Virus record (IMG/VR): IMGVR_UViG_3300020043_002031
Location: 1-37,454 of that record
From: a virus
Lineage: Duplodnaviria > Caudoviricetes
Direction: 5' to 3' (one strand)
Length of the DNA: 37,454 nt
The notes under the pieces are model-generated. The model was not told where the DNA came from, made no database searches, and saw nothing but the letters and a program-made list of their open reading frames with translations. A program made the position numbers and the translations under genes. Positions 18,381-28,460 of this stretch are shown in pieces. The stretch's first letter is position 1. Every line of letters begins with the position of its first letter.

Positions 18381-21300
18381 TGGAGGACGAACTCATTTTA
18401 TCCGAGAAAGACAGAGCTAAGCTTGACGGCATTGTACAACGAATGTCGTTTAACAAGGAGTCAGATGATGCCATTCAGTTTGTCGTAAACGACTTCAAGA
18501 AGAAGTACGGAGTAAAAAAAAAAGAACAAGCCGTATCTCCACAAGAGCCTTCGCTGGCCAAGCAGGAATCTACGGATTCTCAATTACCCTCCGAGCCTTC
18601 GGCAAAAGTTACACCTTCACGGCAGCCTTTAAAGCCTCAAAGTGAAGCCCGTGGTCTTGGCTTAGACAAGCAGTCAATCTATAACAATGCTGCCCGTTCT
18701 ATCGTTGATGATGCGATAGCCAAAGGTGATATTACGGAGAGTCAAGTTGAGGAACAGCCTCAGGTTGAAAACATATTCAAAGCCATTGTAGATAGCAGAG
18801 CTAAAAGGATAACTCCTGCTATCACACCAAGAGAAATTGCTGAAACTGAAAGAATTCAGGCTCTTCGGCAGGCTCAAGGTAATGCGCCATATCTTCAGTA
18901 TGAGCTCGAGAAATCTAAAAATAGAGAGCTAAACTTAAACAAGAGAGCTGAGAATGAAAAGATTTGGAACGAGCTACAGCAGTCTATAAAAGGCACTATC
19001 CTTGAGGCCGTTCCAGAAGACAAGCGTCAAGATAAAGAGTACCTAAAGAAGCTAGAGACAGACCTCTGGCTTAATGAAGGCGTTGGTATGGACTTGTCTG
19101 GAGACAAGCGCTTTAATGACCAAAACTTTGCCCTCGATGCAGCTGCTGCTCTTGCAAGAGGCGGTCGCGGTATTATTAGAGGCTTACAATCTGTTGTAGG
19201 CATTGAAGTTGACCAGTTTGGAATTCCTTATGAAATCTCTGATGCGTTGTTTGACGATGAGATGCGTAGGAATACGACTCAGTTTGAGCAGGACTTTTTT
19301 GATTCACTTAAAGATTCTGAGTTTTCTAACGCTGCTCGCATTGCATTAAACACTACTGCTGAGAGCGCCCCGATTATGCTTGCAGCTGGTCCAGCTTCTC
19401 TTCAGAATCCAATGGCTGGACTTGCAATGCTATCTTCTTTGTCTGCGGCTCAGGTATACGGCGAAGTTAAGAACGAAGAATGGTTTAAGAAGCTTGAGCC
19501 AATGGGACAGCTTGGCTATGTTGGTATATCTGGACTAGCTGAGGGCGTTGGTGAACTTGCTGGAGCTCGTGCTGCAACAAGAGCTTTGCGTGGACTTGCT
19601 GTCAGCGCAACAAAAGAAGCGTCACAAAAGGCTCTTTCTCAGTACTTTAAAGGCCTTGTTTACAACGGAACACTAAACGTATCCGAGAACGCTATCGGTG
19701 AAGGTATCACTGGCGTAACTCAGTACGTAAACGATGCTGTTGCTAAGGGCACAGACGTAAGTCTTGATGGTGCACTTGATGCATTCAAGCGTTCTGCCGC
19801 TGCTGGCGTGGGTATGGCTGGAGTATTGACAGCTCCAACGGTTGCTGTTGAGGTTCCTATTGTCTTGGCCAACAAGATGGGTAGAAACTTCGAGGTAAAG
19901 AAGATTGATGCCGCCATCAAGAAGCGCAAAGAAGAGCTGTTACAAGCTCCTACGGCTGCTGACAGACAAGTTATTGCTAACGACATTCTAGAGCTCACTA
20001 AGCGTCGCAACGGTGAGATGAAGTCAAGCGTCCAGTACTTCGAGTCAATGACTCCAGAGGATAGAGCTACGACCTACGCTTTGAGCTTGGAGCTTGAGGA
20101 TATGGCACAGCAGCGCATTGCCTCTGAAGACGAGACAGCTAAAGACATTCTCGCGTCCAATATGATGGACACGTACAACCAAATCAAAACAATATCTCAA
20201 CGCTATGATACTACGCAAGAAGCAGGGGTACCAAGTGGTATCGTCCAAGGGGAAACCGTTGTCGAAGCCCAACCTGTCGAAGGAGCAGGCGCAGAAGCGC
20301 CTCAAGCAGGTGGAGTTCTTCAAGTACCTTTCGAAGAAGGGGTTGAAGAAGTAAGCACTAATTACGAGGCAGAGGTATCTCAAGTAGCTGATTTGCCCAT
20401 TTTCCAGCAGATGCAGGAAGGCAACTTCGTGGACATTAAAGATGCTGATGCTGCACAAGAACAGATTCTTGAGGCTATTGGTCGACTAGACTCTATGCCG
20501 CAAGGTGCTGAACGTGAGGCAGCTACTGAACTCCTCACTGAACTTTTTGATGAAATTGACTACTATGACAACAAAACAGAGATTATTGCTGAAGACGTTA
20601 CCGAAAGAGTCCCAGTTGGAGCTCCTAAAAGAGTTGAACGTCCAAAAGCAGAAAGGGTGGACAAGCTCCCCCTCCAAGAGCGACTCCAGTTCGCTCCTGT
20701 CCGAGTAGGAGATGAGCGCTATGGTGCTGTCTCTATGCTTGAGGCGCAGCCCGATGGAAACGTAGATGTTGTAACATACAGACGTGCTGCACCAGAGGAA
20801 ATCGCACAGAATATAGGTGATACTTGGGTAGATGGTGTTGTTCGTGTTGAGCAACGCAGGGTTGTAGATGCATTCCCTAGAACGTCTGATGTTGAGTACG
20901 TTGAGTCAATCTTTGACGAGAACGGACGCATTATGGGTGTCCGTGTTCGTAAGCGTACTCCACTTGGTCAAGATGTTTCTCCGCAGACCTTTGTCATCCT
21001 TAACCGCACGGAAGAGTTGGCTAAGATGTCCAAGGTGCGTGAGACGGCTGAAGATGCTAACCTTGCTCTTGATATTGCTATTCAGGGACAGATTGAACAG
21101 CTTGGAGATATTCCTCAGTACGATTTCGAGCAGGCATATGAAACTGTTACCCGTCGCGTAGAAAAGAAGCGCAAGGTTGAGCCTAAGAAACGGCCAGCTA
21201 AACCAGAGACTAAACCTACTCAAGTAACTGCTGATGAGGCAGTTGCAAAAAAAGACCTTGAGGTTTCATCTATTGGAACTAAGCTCAAGGGAGTGTCACC

Positions 21301-24300
21301 AAAGACAGCCAATGTCATTGACCGCTACCTGAGCGTATTGTTCAATGTAGCGCCAGACGTAAAGTTTGTAGCGCACTATACGCAGGAGTCTATTGACAGT
21401 ACTCTTGCTGAAGAGCAGCGCACTGGAGACATTGAAGGCTACTACGATGCAGCCAACAATGAAATCCACGTACTTATTGAGCCTACTACCGACAAGGAGA
21501 TTAGCAAGAACGAGTTCCGTGTAATTCGTCACGAAATCATCCACCCAATCGTAGACGCTTTGGTGGCTAAGGATTCGCTGTTTGCCAACAGACTCACCAA
21601 TGAGATTCGCAAACTTGTTGAGACTGCCCCTGACGCTATTGCCCGTACTGCGGCTATGCGTCGTATGCGTGTTGTTCTTAAGAGTGGTGACGCTAAGGAG
21701 ATTGTAACTGAGTTTGCTGCTCAGTTCTCTGACCCAGAGCTGTTTGACTTGCTTGACCAGAGCCCATCGTTTATGGACCGAGTTAAGAATCTGATTAACA
21801 GAATCTTAAACTTCCTCGGTGTAACCAAGCGAATCCAAAACAAGAAAGAACTTCTTGACTTCCTTACGGAGATGCGCAACAGCTTTGCAGCAGGTAAGGC
21901 TGTCCGTATTGACAAAGGTGCACTTGTTCGTAGCGCCCTAAACAAGTACCAGTTCTCCACTCGTGAGGAGAAGCAAAACATTATCCGACGCTTTATGTCG
22001 GAAGACGCAGAGGTTCGTGTCGACATCAACGAAGACATTGTTCCTGCTGCTGAAATCAAAAACCTGAACCCCGCCCTGTCAAATGTCTTGCCGCTGATTG
22101 AAAAGCTGTCGGTCAAGATGAAGCTTCCGTTTGTTGTTGTCAACGATAAGAAGTTCAACTATGCCTCTAAGGTTGGATTCTTTAACTTCCCTGACTTGCG
22201 TACTGGTACGATTACCGACCAGATGATGCCAGTTGATGCTGTTGAAGGGTTCCGTAAGAAAGGCTACAACATCCCTAAGGACCTCAAGTCTGACAAGTAC
22301 ATCGTAATCAACGCTGCTGCAAGAAACGTGGACCAAGCAATCTACGGCTATAGCGCAGTGTTCATCGAGATGCTGAAGGAGAACAGCGCTGATGCCTTCA
22401 ATACGATTATGTCGAGCATTGTGCGTGGGAAGACTGGCGCTGACCCAATTGTCAATATGGCGATTGATGAGTACCAGCAGATGCTTGATATTGCTCAAGC
22501 AGAAGGTTTGTTCGGCAACACAAAAGGAAAGAAGGTTTACGAGACTGTTGACCTGAATGACAAGGAGATTCGTGAGTCTCTTGCGTACACGGCTTTGGCT
22601 GATGCGTTCCAGACTTACATCCGTGACAACTTTGACGACAACTTAGCTGACATTAACTCTGTTAAGCAAGTAGTTGATGCTGCTAAGCCAGAGCTTGAGG
22701 AGCAATTGCGTCCTACGCCTTTGACCATTCAGGAGTTTACTGTTGGCTCACGTCTTGATGACTTTGCTAATTTGCTCAAGAGCGCTAGTGAGGTGCCTGC
22801 GTTTAGTGACTATAAGGCAAAAACAATTGAGGAGGCAAAGAACAACATCATTGCTTCATTGAAGGCGAAGGTTGACAGCAAGGAGAACTCTGCTGATGCT
22901 GTAGAGATGGCCAAGGTGATGGATGAACAGTCTACTGTTTTCAAGACTGGCTCTATCTCTCTTGACTCAAGCGCTATTCTTTATGCTGAGGAGTTCCATA
23001 TGTTTATGGACAGCAAGGAGTACACTTATCAGGCATTTGGTTCTCCCTACAACCCGGGCGGATACGATGGAGAGTACGGCTCTTTTGATATGAGCATTGA
23101 CTCTCTTAACCAATTGAAGGCCAACGCTATAAATAATATTGCTTCAGCTGTTAAGCTGTCAAGTATAGAAACTTTAAGTGCCCAAAAAACTGAGCGTACT
23201 CTAAAGAATAATCCGATATTCGGAAAGTTCGTTGCGCTTATTCCGAATTCAGAATATGTTGACACATATATTAAGACGGAAAAACCAATCGTAAGCAAGC
23301 TTAGTCAAGAACTGCTTGATAAGATTGAGGCCGACTCTAAAGAGGGTATCCTTTACGTTCGCAAGAAGGGCGATGTTGAATCAGCAACTGATGGTTCATT
23401 CCATAAGTTTAAGATTGACGGAGGAAAGATAGTAGACGCAAGAACAGGCGGAGCTCTTTCTGAAGAACAAGATGAAGCACTGGCTGCCCTTAGTGAGAAC
23501 ATTGGTAAGGTTGTAGGCAAGCTTGCCATCAAGACATTCAAGGACCCCAACTATATGATGGATGGTCTTGCAGATAAATTATTCCCAGACTTCAACGAAT
23601 CGCTTGAGTCAATCCTTGACGAGATTGGATACCAGTCATCTATGCCTGTGTTCAAAGTGAAACCAGTTAATGGTCTTGGCGGTTACAAGGTGTTTGAGGC
23701 TGAGCTTGGCGAGGAAGTTTCTGCAGATGATTTCTTCTCAGAGCCAAGAACAGTTCTTGATGAGTACATCAAACTAGCTAGCAATACCGACAACAATCTC
23801 GAGAAGCGCTTGAAAGACATCGAGTCTAAAGGGGCTGTTTCTATTGCTGACCTTGAGATGACCATTGCTGATATGGGTAGCAAGGTGATGAGAGATTCTA
23901 AGCTTTACGACAGAAGCCTTTCATTCGACTACGTATGGCAGTTCCCGAAGGATTATATGGGTCTTGATGTTGTGCCCGATGAGTTTGATGGTGGCGTAGG
24001 CATTGGCAAGCAGACCAACCTAAAGCAAAACGGACTTAAGGATACCTACACCCTTAACTTGACGTATGACCCTACGGCAAACAAGATTACGGTAGCATAC
24101 GAGTCTGATGTATTTAAGTACCAAAACGTACCGCCATATCTGAATGCGTTCCCCGTGTTTGCTAGAACGGTGGAGCTTATTCCAAGTATGTTCCCAGATA
24201 TTGAGTATGCTGCGCTTGAGTTTAATGCTGCTGGAGAAAATAAGAGCCACCCTCTTTACGAAGCTTTCTCTAATAAGGTCAACGATATACTCAAGACTTC

Positions 24301-27300
24301 CGACAAGGACTCTAAGGAGTACAAGACAGCGTTTGATATTCAAGAGAAGTCTCACAAGTTTGACGAGCGTACCGATGGAGCACGTCGTATTGCTCTAAAC
24401 AACTTGGCCTACGTTAAGAAGGTTGGTCGTGAGTTTGCCCTTAAGGTTCACGATGAGACACTTGTCTCTGACCACTACGCATCACTAGGCACACTTTACG
24501 CCATCCCAAATAAGGCATACGAGAAATATGCTGAGTTTATGGATAGAGAGGCTTCTGACCTTGAGCCCGAAGAAATAGAACAGCGTATGCTTCAGGACTT
24601 TGCAGGACGTGAGGTTATTACGCTTCCAGAGATTGAGGAGAAGGCTGGCGAACTCGGTATGAGTGAAGATGAGTACGTTGAGGAGTTCATAAGTATGTTT
24701 AATGCATATGGCTACAGAGGCGAAACAATCTTTATACCTAAAATCTTCACTAACCTCAACAGCCCTACTCAGTTTACTAAGTCGGCTGTTCAGTTCTCTA
24801 AGCGTATCAAGCTGTCTCCTTTGGAGGAAAGCGAAGAAGATGTGGCACTTGAGAAGGTAGCTAAGGCATCCTACGATTCCGATAAGGAGTACGCTGAGCG
24901 TATGAAGTTGTTCAACTCTGTTCAAAAGAACGTCCTATCTAAGAACGCTTGGCTTGACCGTCAGGCAGACATCCGTGATGCTCTTGTAGATGGCGGACTT
25001 GACTACGTAGAGAACCTTTTGTCTCTTCGCGCTGGTGCCCAAGCAAACGCAACAGACTTGTTCAATCGTGCGGAGAAGAAAATCTATAGCGATTTGTCTC
25101 GTGGTGAGGTAGAGGCTCTAGACCAAATCATCTTTATGCGCCGCGTCATCCAGATTGATTCCAACTGGGACAAGCGCAAGGATGTTGCTGAGGCTAACCT
25201 TGATGCGTTTGAGGAGAAGATGCGCATTGACATCAAAGCCATCGACGACCTAATCAAAGGAGAGAAGAGCAGAGAGAAGCCTGACAAGAAGTTCATTAGC
25301 GACCTTGAGAACGACAAGATGAACATCCGTGAGCAACGCGACAAGCTCAAGGAGATTGCGTCTGACTACGCTGAGCGTCCAAAGCATCCAAAAGGACTCA
25401 ATGGAGAAGAGGCTATCCAAGCCATCACCGCTATGGAGCGCAAGCTTGGAGCCACTCAGTTCGGTAAGCTGAATATGCGTGCCGATGCGTACTTCACTGA
25501 GTTCCGTGGAATCCTAAAGAGCTACGAGGTTAATGGTCTTATTGATGAGGCCACCTACGAGCGTTTCTCTAAGGACGACTACGAACCACGTAAGTTCATT
25601 GAGAAAATCTTCGAAGACCTTGATGATGAGGTATTTGCAAGAGCTGGTACTGGACTTAAGCAGGACGTGTTGAAGGCAATCCAAGAGGGTAGCGAAGGCA
25701 ACCTGCTTATGGACTCTCGTATGTTGCTGTCTCTTGCCTACAAGTCGGCAGAGGCTAAGCGATTCCAGAACCTTGCTAACGCAGAGCTTGCTTCAGAGAT
25801 TACTCCTGATACCGCTGACTTTGCTCGTAAAGCCAACTACATTGAACTTCCCGATGGAAGAACAGCAACAGACCAGTACGGCAACGCTCGTGTAGCTCCT
25901 GCCGACAAGGGCTTTAGCAATGTCTTCTATAAGGAGAAGGGCAAGACCCGTGCTTTCCAGTTGCGCAACGACCTCGTGGAGCAATGGAACGACACTAACA
26001 GAAGCTACTTCGGCGCTGGAAGCAGAACTAAGAAGGTGCTGTCCGCACTCTCTGGAGCTCCAATCCTGCGCATCTTCGCTACTGGATACAACATCACCTT
26101 CGGCTTCGGTTTGGTGGTGCCTGAATCATTAGCTGTTGTATTGGCTCGTGGACGTGTGTACGGCAAGGACTCCTTCCTTCCTATCGCTCTGCTGAAGATT
26201 GCTAAGGACTACGCTACGGGTATCTACTCTAAGGCGACAGACCAAGACCTCGTTCGTGACTACTTCGCCCACGGTGGTGGTATGTCATTTATGAGCCAAG
26301 AGTTCCGTCCTGAGTACCGCTTCCGTGAGAAGTACAAGAACAGACTCGAGTACACCCTCGCTAAGCGCTGGGACAAGATTGCCAAAGGCATCGCCTTCAC
26401 TGGTGAGACCTTTGAAATTGGTATTCGTTTGGCGGTGTACAGCCGTATGATTAAGAACCTCAAGGAGCAGTACCCTGATTTGGCTAAGACCAAAGACGGA
26501 ATCGAGAAGATTAAGTTTATGGCGGCAGCTGAGGCTCGCAACATCGTTGACTTCAGCAAAGGCGGTAAGCTTACCAAGGACCTTGATGCTATTGCTCCGT
26601 ACCTCAACGTAGCGTTCCAAGCCACGCTGTCCACGTTCAACGGAATCAAGGACAACCCAGAGAAGTTTGCAGCCAAGTTCTTCCAGTATGCTGCTGGAGT
26701 TATGGGAATTGTGTTCTACAATATCCTTACCTACGGAGACGACTATGACGACATCGACCCGTATATGCGCTACAGATACCACATCATTCTGTTACCAACT
26801 AAGGATGAGGACGGAAACCGCAAGTACATCCGACTAAAGAAGCCACAAGCGTTACTTCCTTTGACGGTGCCTTTGGAGATGTTGGCTCAGTCTTGGGCTT
26901 CCACCATCAACGGTAAGCCGAAGAAGTTTACTGAAGATGAGGTTCGCCTCGCTTGGGAGAATGCTGCCGATGGCCTTCCATTCTTCGTGCCCGGCATTGA
27001 CAACGCGTTTGACCTAATGAACAGAATACCAGTTGCTTCGGTGATTGCTAAGTCTGTCTTTAACTACGACTCGTTTAGAAACGCTACCATCGTTCCAGAG
27101 TACATCTTCGGAGAGGTGAAGCCATATGCTGAGAGCAGAGCTAGCGACAATGTAGAGTTCTTCTATAAGGCTATCGCTAAGGCATCTGAGTCTGAGTACA
27201 TTCCAGACATCTCAGCGCCTCGACTGAAGGCTGGCGTAGAGTCAATCATTACCAAGCCTACCACCAACTTCCTTGTTGGCATAGCGTACGGTGTTCTTGA

Positions 27301-27892
27301 CTTGGCTGCTCGTGCCGCTACGGACGTGATGAACGTACAAGATGTGGACCTTTCTGAAAAGCAACGTGAGGAGAAGGCAGAGGACCGAGTTGCTCGTGAG
27401 CTCAAGGGCATCAAGGATAACGCTCAGAAGGTCTTTGTTCGCTCTACCAATCCTAACTGGAGAGACTACATCAAGAAGCAGGGCGTAGAGCAGGAGATTA
27501 AACTTGAAGAATCTACCGAGGACTTCATTATCAGTGAGAAGATTAAAGCTCTCGCTAATAAGCACAAGGAGCAAGGCCACTTCGATAAGAATGGCAAGCG
27601 CTACCAAGAGGAATTGGGTAAGATTCTGTCTGATGTTAAGCCAGAGAAGAGAGAGCGTTTAGGACGTAAATACTTCTATACTGTTGCGTCTTCTGATGCC
27701 GACAAGAGCCTAATGAGTATTAGATTTGCAGACACGCAGAGTGAGGCAGCAAGGGTCTTCTACGATAAGTTCGGAAAGCTTGAGCCTGAGGAGTTTAACG
27801 ATGTTATGCGCGACCTCAGAGGAGTTGGATTCCGTCCTAACGAAGAGTTCTATGCTGTTGTCAGGAAGCTATACACACAAAAAGAACAATGA
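18380..27892 (+). CDS. Giant polyvalent virion protein (3170 aa) with zincin-like metallopeptidase motif and C-terminal LPD38-like domain
   Basis: EGYYD..NNEIHV...RHEIIH at 21530-21544. C-terminal ETFEIGIRLAVY...EARNIVDFSKGG...IAPYLNVAFQ...YDDIDPYMRYRYHII...YIRLKKP pattern of LPD38-bearing proteins. Confidence 0.75.
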   Translation: MEDELILSEKDRAKLDGIVQRMSFNKESDDAIQFVVNDFKKKYGVKKKEQAVSPQEPSLAKQESTDSQLPSEPSAKVTPSRQPLKPQSEARGLGLDKQSIYNNAARSIVDDAIAKGDITESQVEEQPQVENIFKAIVDSRAKRITPAITPREIAETERIQALRQAQGNAPYLQYELEKSKNRELNLNKRAENEKIWNELQQSIKGTILEAVPEDKRQDKEYLKKLETDLWLNEGVGMDLSGDKRFNDQNFALDAAAALARGGRGIIRGLQSVVGIEVDQFGIPYEISDALFDDEMRRNTTQFEQDFFDSLKDSEFSNAARIALNTTAESAPIMLAAGPASLQNPMAGLAMLSSLSAAQVYGEVKNEEWFKKLEPMGQLGYVGISGLAEGVGELAGARAATRALRGLAVSATKEASQKALSQYFKGLVYNGTLNVSENAIGEGITGVTQYVNDAVAKGTDVSLDGALDAFKRSAAAGVGMAGVLTAPTVAVEVPIVLANKMGRNFEVKKIDAAIKKRKEELLQAPTAADRQVIANDILELTKRRNGEMKSSVQYFESMTPEDRATTYALSLELEDMAQQRIASEDETAKDILASNMMDTYNQIKTISQRYDTTQEAGVPSGIVQGETVVEAQPVEGAGAEAPQAGGVLQVPFEEGVEEVSTNYEAEVSQVADLPIFQQMQEGNFVDIKDADAAQEQILEAIGRLDSMPQGAEREAATELLTELFDEIDYYDNKTEIIAEDVTERVPVGAPKRVERPKAERVDKLPLQERLQFAPVRVGDERYGAVSMLEAQPDGNVDVVTYRRAAPEEIAQNIGDTWVDGVVRVEQRRVVDAFPRTSDVEYVESIFDENGRIMGVRVRKRTPLGQDVSPQTFVILNRTEELAKMSKVRETAEDANLALDIAIQGQIEQLGDIPQYDFEQAYETVTRRVEKKRKVEPKKRPAKPETKPTQVTADEAVAKKDLEVSSIGTKLKGVSPKTANVIDRYLSVLFNVAPDVKFVAHYTQESIDSTLAEEQRTGDIEGYYDAANNEIHVLIEPTTDKEISKNEFRVIRHEIIHPIVDALVAKDSLFANRLTNEIRKLVETAPDAIARTAAMRRMRVVLKSGDAKEIVTEFAAQFSDPELFDLLDQSPSFMDRVKNLINRILNFLGVTKRIQNKKELLDFLTEMRNSFAAGKAVRIDKGALVRSALNKYQFSTREEKQNIIRRFMSEDAEVRVDINEDIVPAAEIKNLNPALSNVLPLIEKLSVKMKLPFVVVNDKKFNYASKVGFFNFPDLRTGTITDQMMPVDAVEGFRKKGYNIPKDLKSDKYIVINAAARNVDQAIYGYSAVFIEMLKENSADAFNTIMSSIVRGKTGADPIVNMAIDEYQQMLDIAQAEGLFGNTKGKKVYETVDLNDKEIRESLAYTALADAFQTYIRDNFDDNLADINSVKQVVDAAKPELEEQLRPTPLTIQEFTVGSRLDDFANLLKSASEVPAFSDYKAKTIEEAKNNIIASLKAKVDSKENSADAVEMAKVMDEQSTVFKTGSISLDSSAILYAEEFHMFMDSKEYTYQAFGSPYNPGGYDGEYGSFDMSIDSLNQLKANAINNIASAVKLSSIETLSAQKTERTLKNNPIFGKFVALIPNSEYVDTYIKTEKPIVSKLSQELLDKIEADSKEGILYVRKKGDVESATDGSFHKFKIDGGKIVDARTGGALSEEQDEALAALSENIGKVVGKLAIKTFKDPNYMMDGLADKLFPDFNESLESILDEIGYQSSMPVFKVKPVNGLGGYKVFEAELGEEVSADDFFSEPRTVLDEYIKLASNTDNNLEKRLKDIESKGAVSIADLEMTIADMGSKVMRDSKLYDRSLSFDYVWQFPKDYMGLDVVPDEFDGGVGIGKQTNLKQNGLKDTYTLNLTYDPTANKITVAYESDVFKYQNVPPYLNAFPVFARTVELIPSMFPDIEYAALEFNAAGENKSHPLYEAFSNKVNDILKTSDKDSKEYKTAFDIQEKSHKFDERTDGARRIALNNLAYVKKVGREFALKVHDETLVSDHYASLGTLYAIPNKAYEKYAEFMDREASDLEPEEIEQRMLQDFAGREVITLPEIEEKAGELGMSEDEYVEEFISMFNAYGYRGETIFIPKIFTNLNSPTQFTKSAVQFSKRIKLSPLEESEEDVALEKVAKASYDSDKEYAERMKLFNSVQKNVLSKNAWLDRQADIRDALVDGGLDYVENLLSLRAGAQANATDLFNRAEKKIYSDLSRGEVEALDQIIFMRRVIQIDSNWDKRKDVAEANLDAFEEKMRIDIKAIDDLIKGEKSREKPDKKFISDLENDKMNIREQRDKLKEIASDYAERPKHPKGLNGEEAIQAITAMERKLGATQFGKLNMRADAYFTEFRGILKSYEVNGLIDEATYERFSKDDYEPRKFIEKIFEDLDDEVFARAGTGLKQDVLKAIQEGSEGNLLMDSRMLLSLAYKSAEAKRFQNLANAELASEITPDTADFARKANYIELPDGRTATDQYGNARVAPADKGFSNVFYKEKGKTRAFQLRNDLVEQWNDTNRSYFGAGSRTKKVLSALSGAPILRIFATGYNITFGFGLVVPESLAVVLARGRVYGKDSFLPIALLKIAKDYATGIYSKATDQDLVRDYFAHGGGMSFMSQEFRPEYRFREKYKNRLEYTLAKRWDKIAKGIAFTGETFEIGIRLAVYSRMIKNLKEQYPDLAKTKDGIEKIKFMAAAEARNIVDFSKGGKLTKDLDAIAPYLNVAFQATLSTFNGIKDNPEKFAAKFFQYAAGVMGIVFYNILTYGDDYDDIDPYMRYRYHIILLPTKDEDGNRKYIRLKKPQALLPLTVPLEMLAQSWASTINGKPKKFTEDEVRLAWENAADGLPFFVPGIDNAFDLMNRIPVASVIAKSVFNYDSFRNATIVPEYIFGEVKPYAESRASDNVEFFYKAIAKASESEYIPDISAPRLKAGVESIITKPTTNFLVGIAYGVLDLAARAATDVMNVQDVDLSEKQREEKAEDRVARELKGIKDNAQKVFVRSTNPNWRDYIKKQGVEQEIKLEESTEDFIISEKIKALANKHKEQGHFDKNGKRYQEELGKILSDVKPEKRERLGRKYFYTVASSDADKSLMSIRFADTQSEAARVFYDKFGKLEPEEFNDVMRDLRGVGFRPNEEFYAVVRKLYTQKEQ
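20205..20354 (+). CDS. Nested +1-frame small basic protein (49 aa)
   Basis: MILRKKQGYQVVSSKGKPLSKPNLSKEQAQKRLKQVEFFKYLSKKGLKK*; A-rich leader; 12 of 13 Lys codons are AAG. Confidence 0.6.
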   Translation: MILRKKQGYQVVSSKGKPLSKPNLSKEQAQKRLKQVEFFKYLSKKGLKK

Positions 27893-28335
27893 AAAAATGG
27901 GGAATAGTCTTTCTGTTGCTGAGCACTCTGATGGTGGGGTGCTCGGCCAACAAGCGAGCGAACTGGCACTTGAATCGAGCAACGCGGCTAAATCCTTCGT
28001 TGCTACAAGAAAGAGTGATAGTAAAAACGGACACTGTTGTAACAAAAGAGATTGTATTTGCGGATACAGTTTCTTTTTCTGGGAAGGATAGTGTAGTTGT
28101 TGAGAATGATACTATTCAAACAACTATTATCAAGTATCAGGACAAGTACATTGTAAAGACAAAAGTCAAGCCATACGCTATTACAAGAGATGTAGAGGTA
28201 CGTGTTCCCATTGTTGAGTTCCGTCCTAACCCAAAGACTTGGGTTGACAAAGCAAAAGACGGATTGCTTATACTTGTTATAACACTTTTATTATTTATCT
28301 TGGCTACTCGATACGTAACTAGATGGCTAAGGTAA
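27889..28335 (+). CDS. Lipoprotein with C-terminal TM segment (unimolecular-spanin-like)
   Basis: Lipoprotein-type signal MKKWGIVFLLLSTLMVG-C, beta-rich middle, C-terminal GLLILVITLLLFILA plus basic tail. Confidence 0.6.
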   Translation: MKKWGIVFLLLSTLMVGCSANKRANWHLNRATRLNPSLLQERVIVKTDTVVTKEIVFADTVSFSGKDSVVVENDTIQTTIIKYQDKYIVKTKVKPYAITRDVEVRVPIVEFRPNPKTWVDKAKDGLLILVITLLLFILATRYVTRWLR

Positions 28336-28460
28336 AAGAAATGAAGGCTACGTTCTTGCGCAAAGCACGCAGGAAGCGTCCCGGTGTTCACGCTAAGACT
28401 AAATACTCTAAGAGTAAGAACAGCAAGAACTACGCTAAATTAAACGTAGGACAAGGCTAA
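28323..28460 (+). CDS. Very small basic protein (45 aa), absent from the ORF track
   Basis: MAKVKEMKATFLRKARRKRPGVHAKTKYSKSKNSKNYAKLNVGQG*; fills the gap to the convergent gene. The RPGVHAK...KNY...GQG pattern recurs in phage microproteins. Confidence 0.7.
   Translation: MAKVKEMKATFLRKARRKRPGVHAKTKYSKSKNSKNYAKLNVGQG

Noticed and set aside
18380-27892. Virion RNA polymerase
   Set aside because: I found no DFDxD-type catalytic motif by eye; the recognisable parts are a HExxH peptidase motif and an LPD38-like C-terminus.
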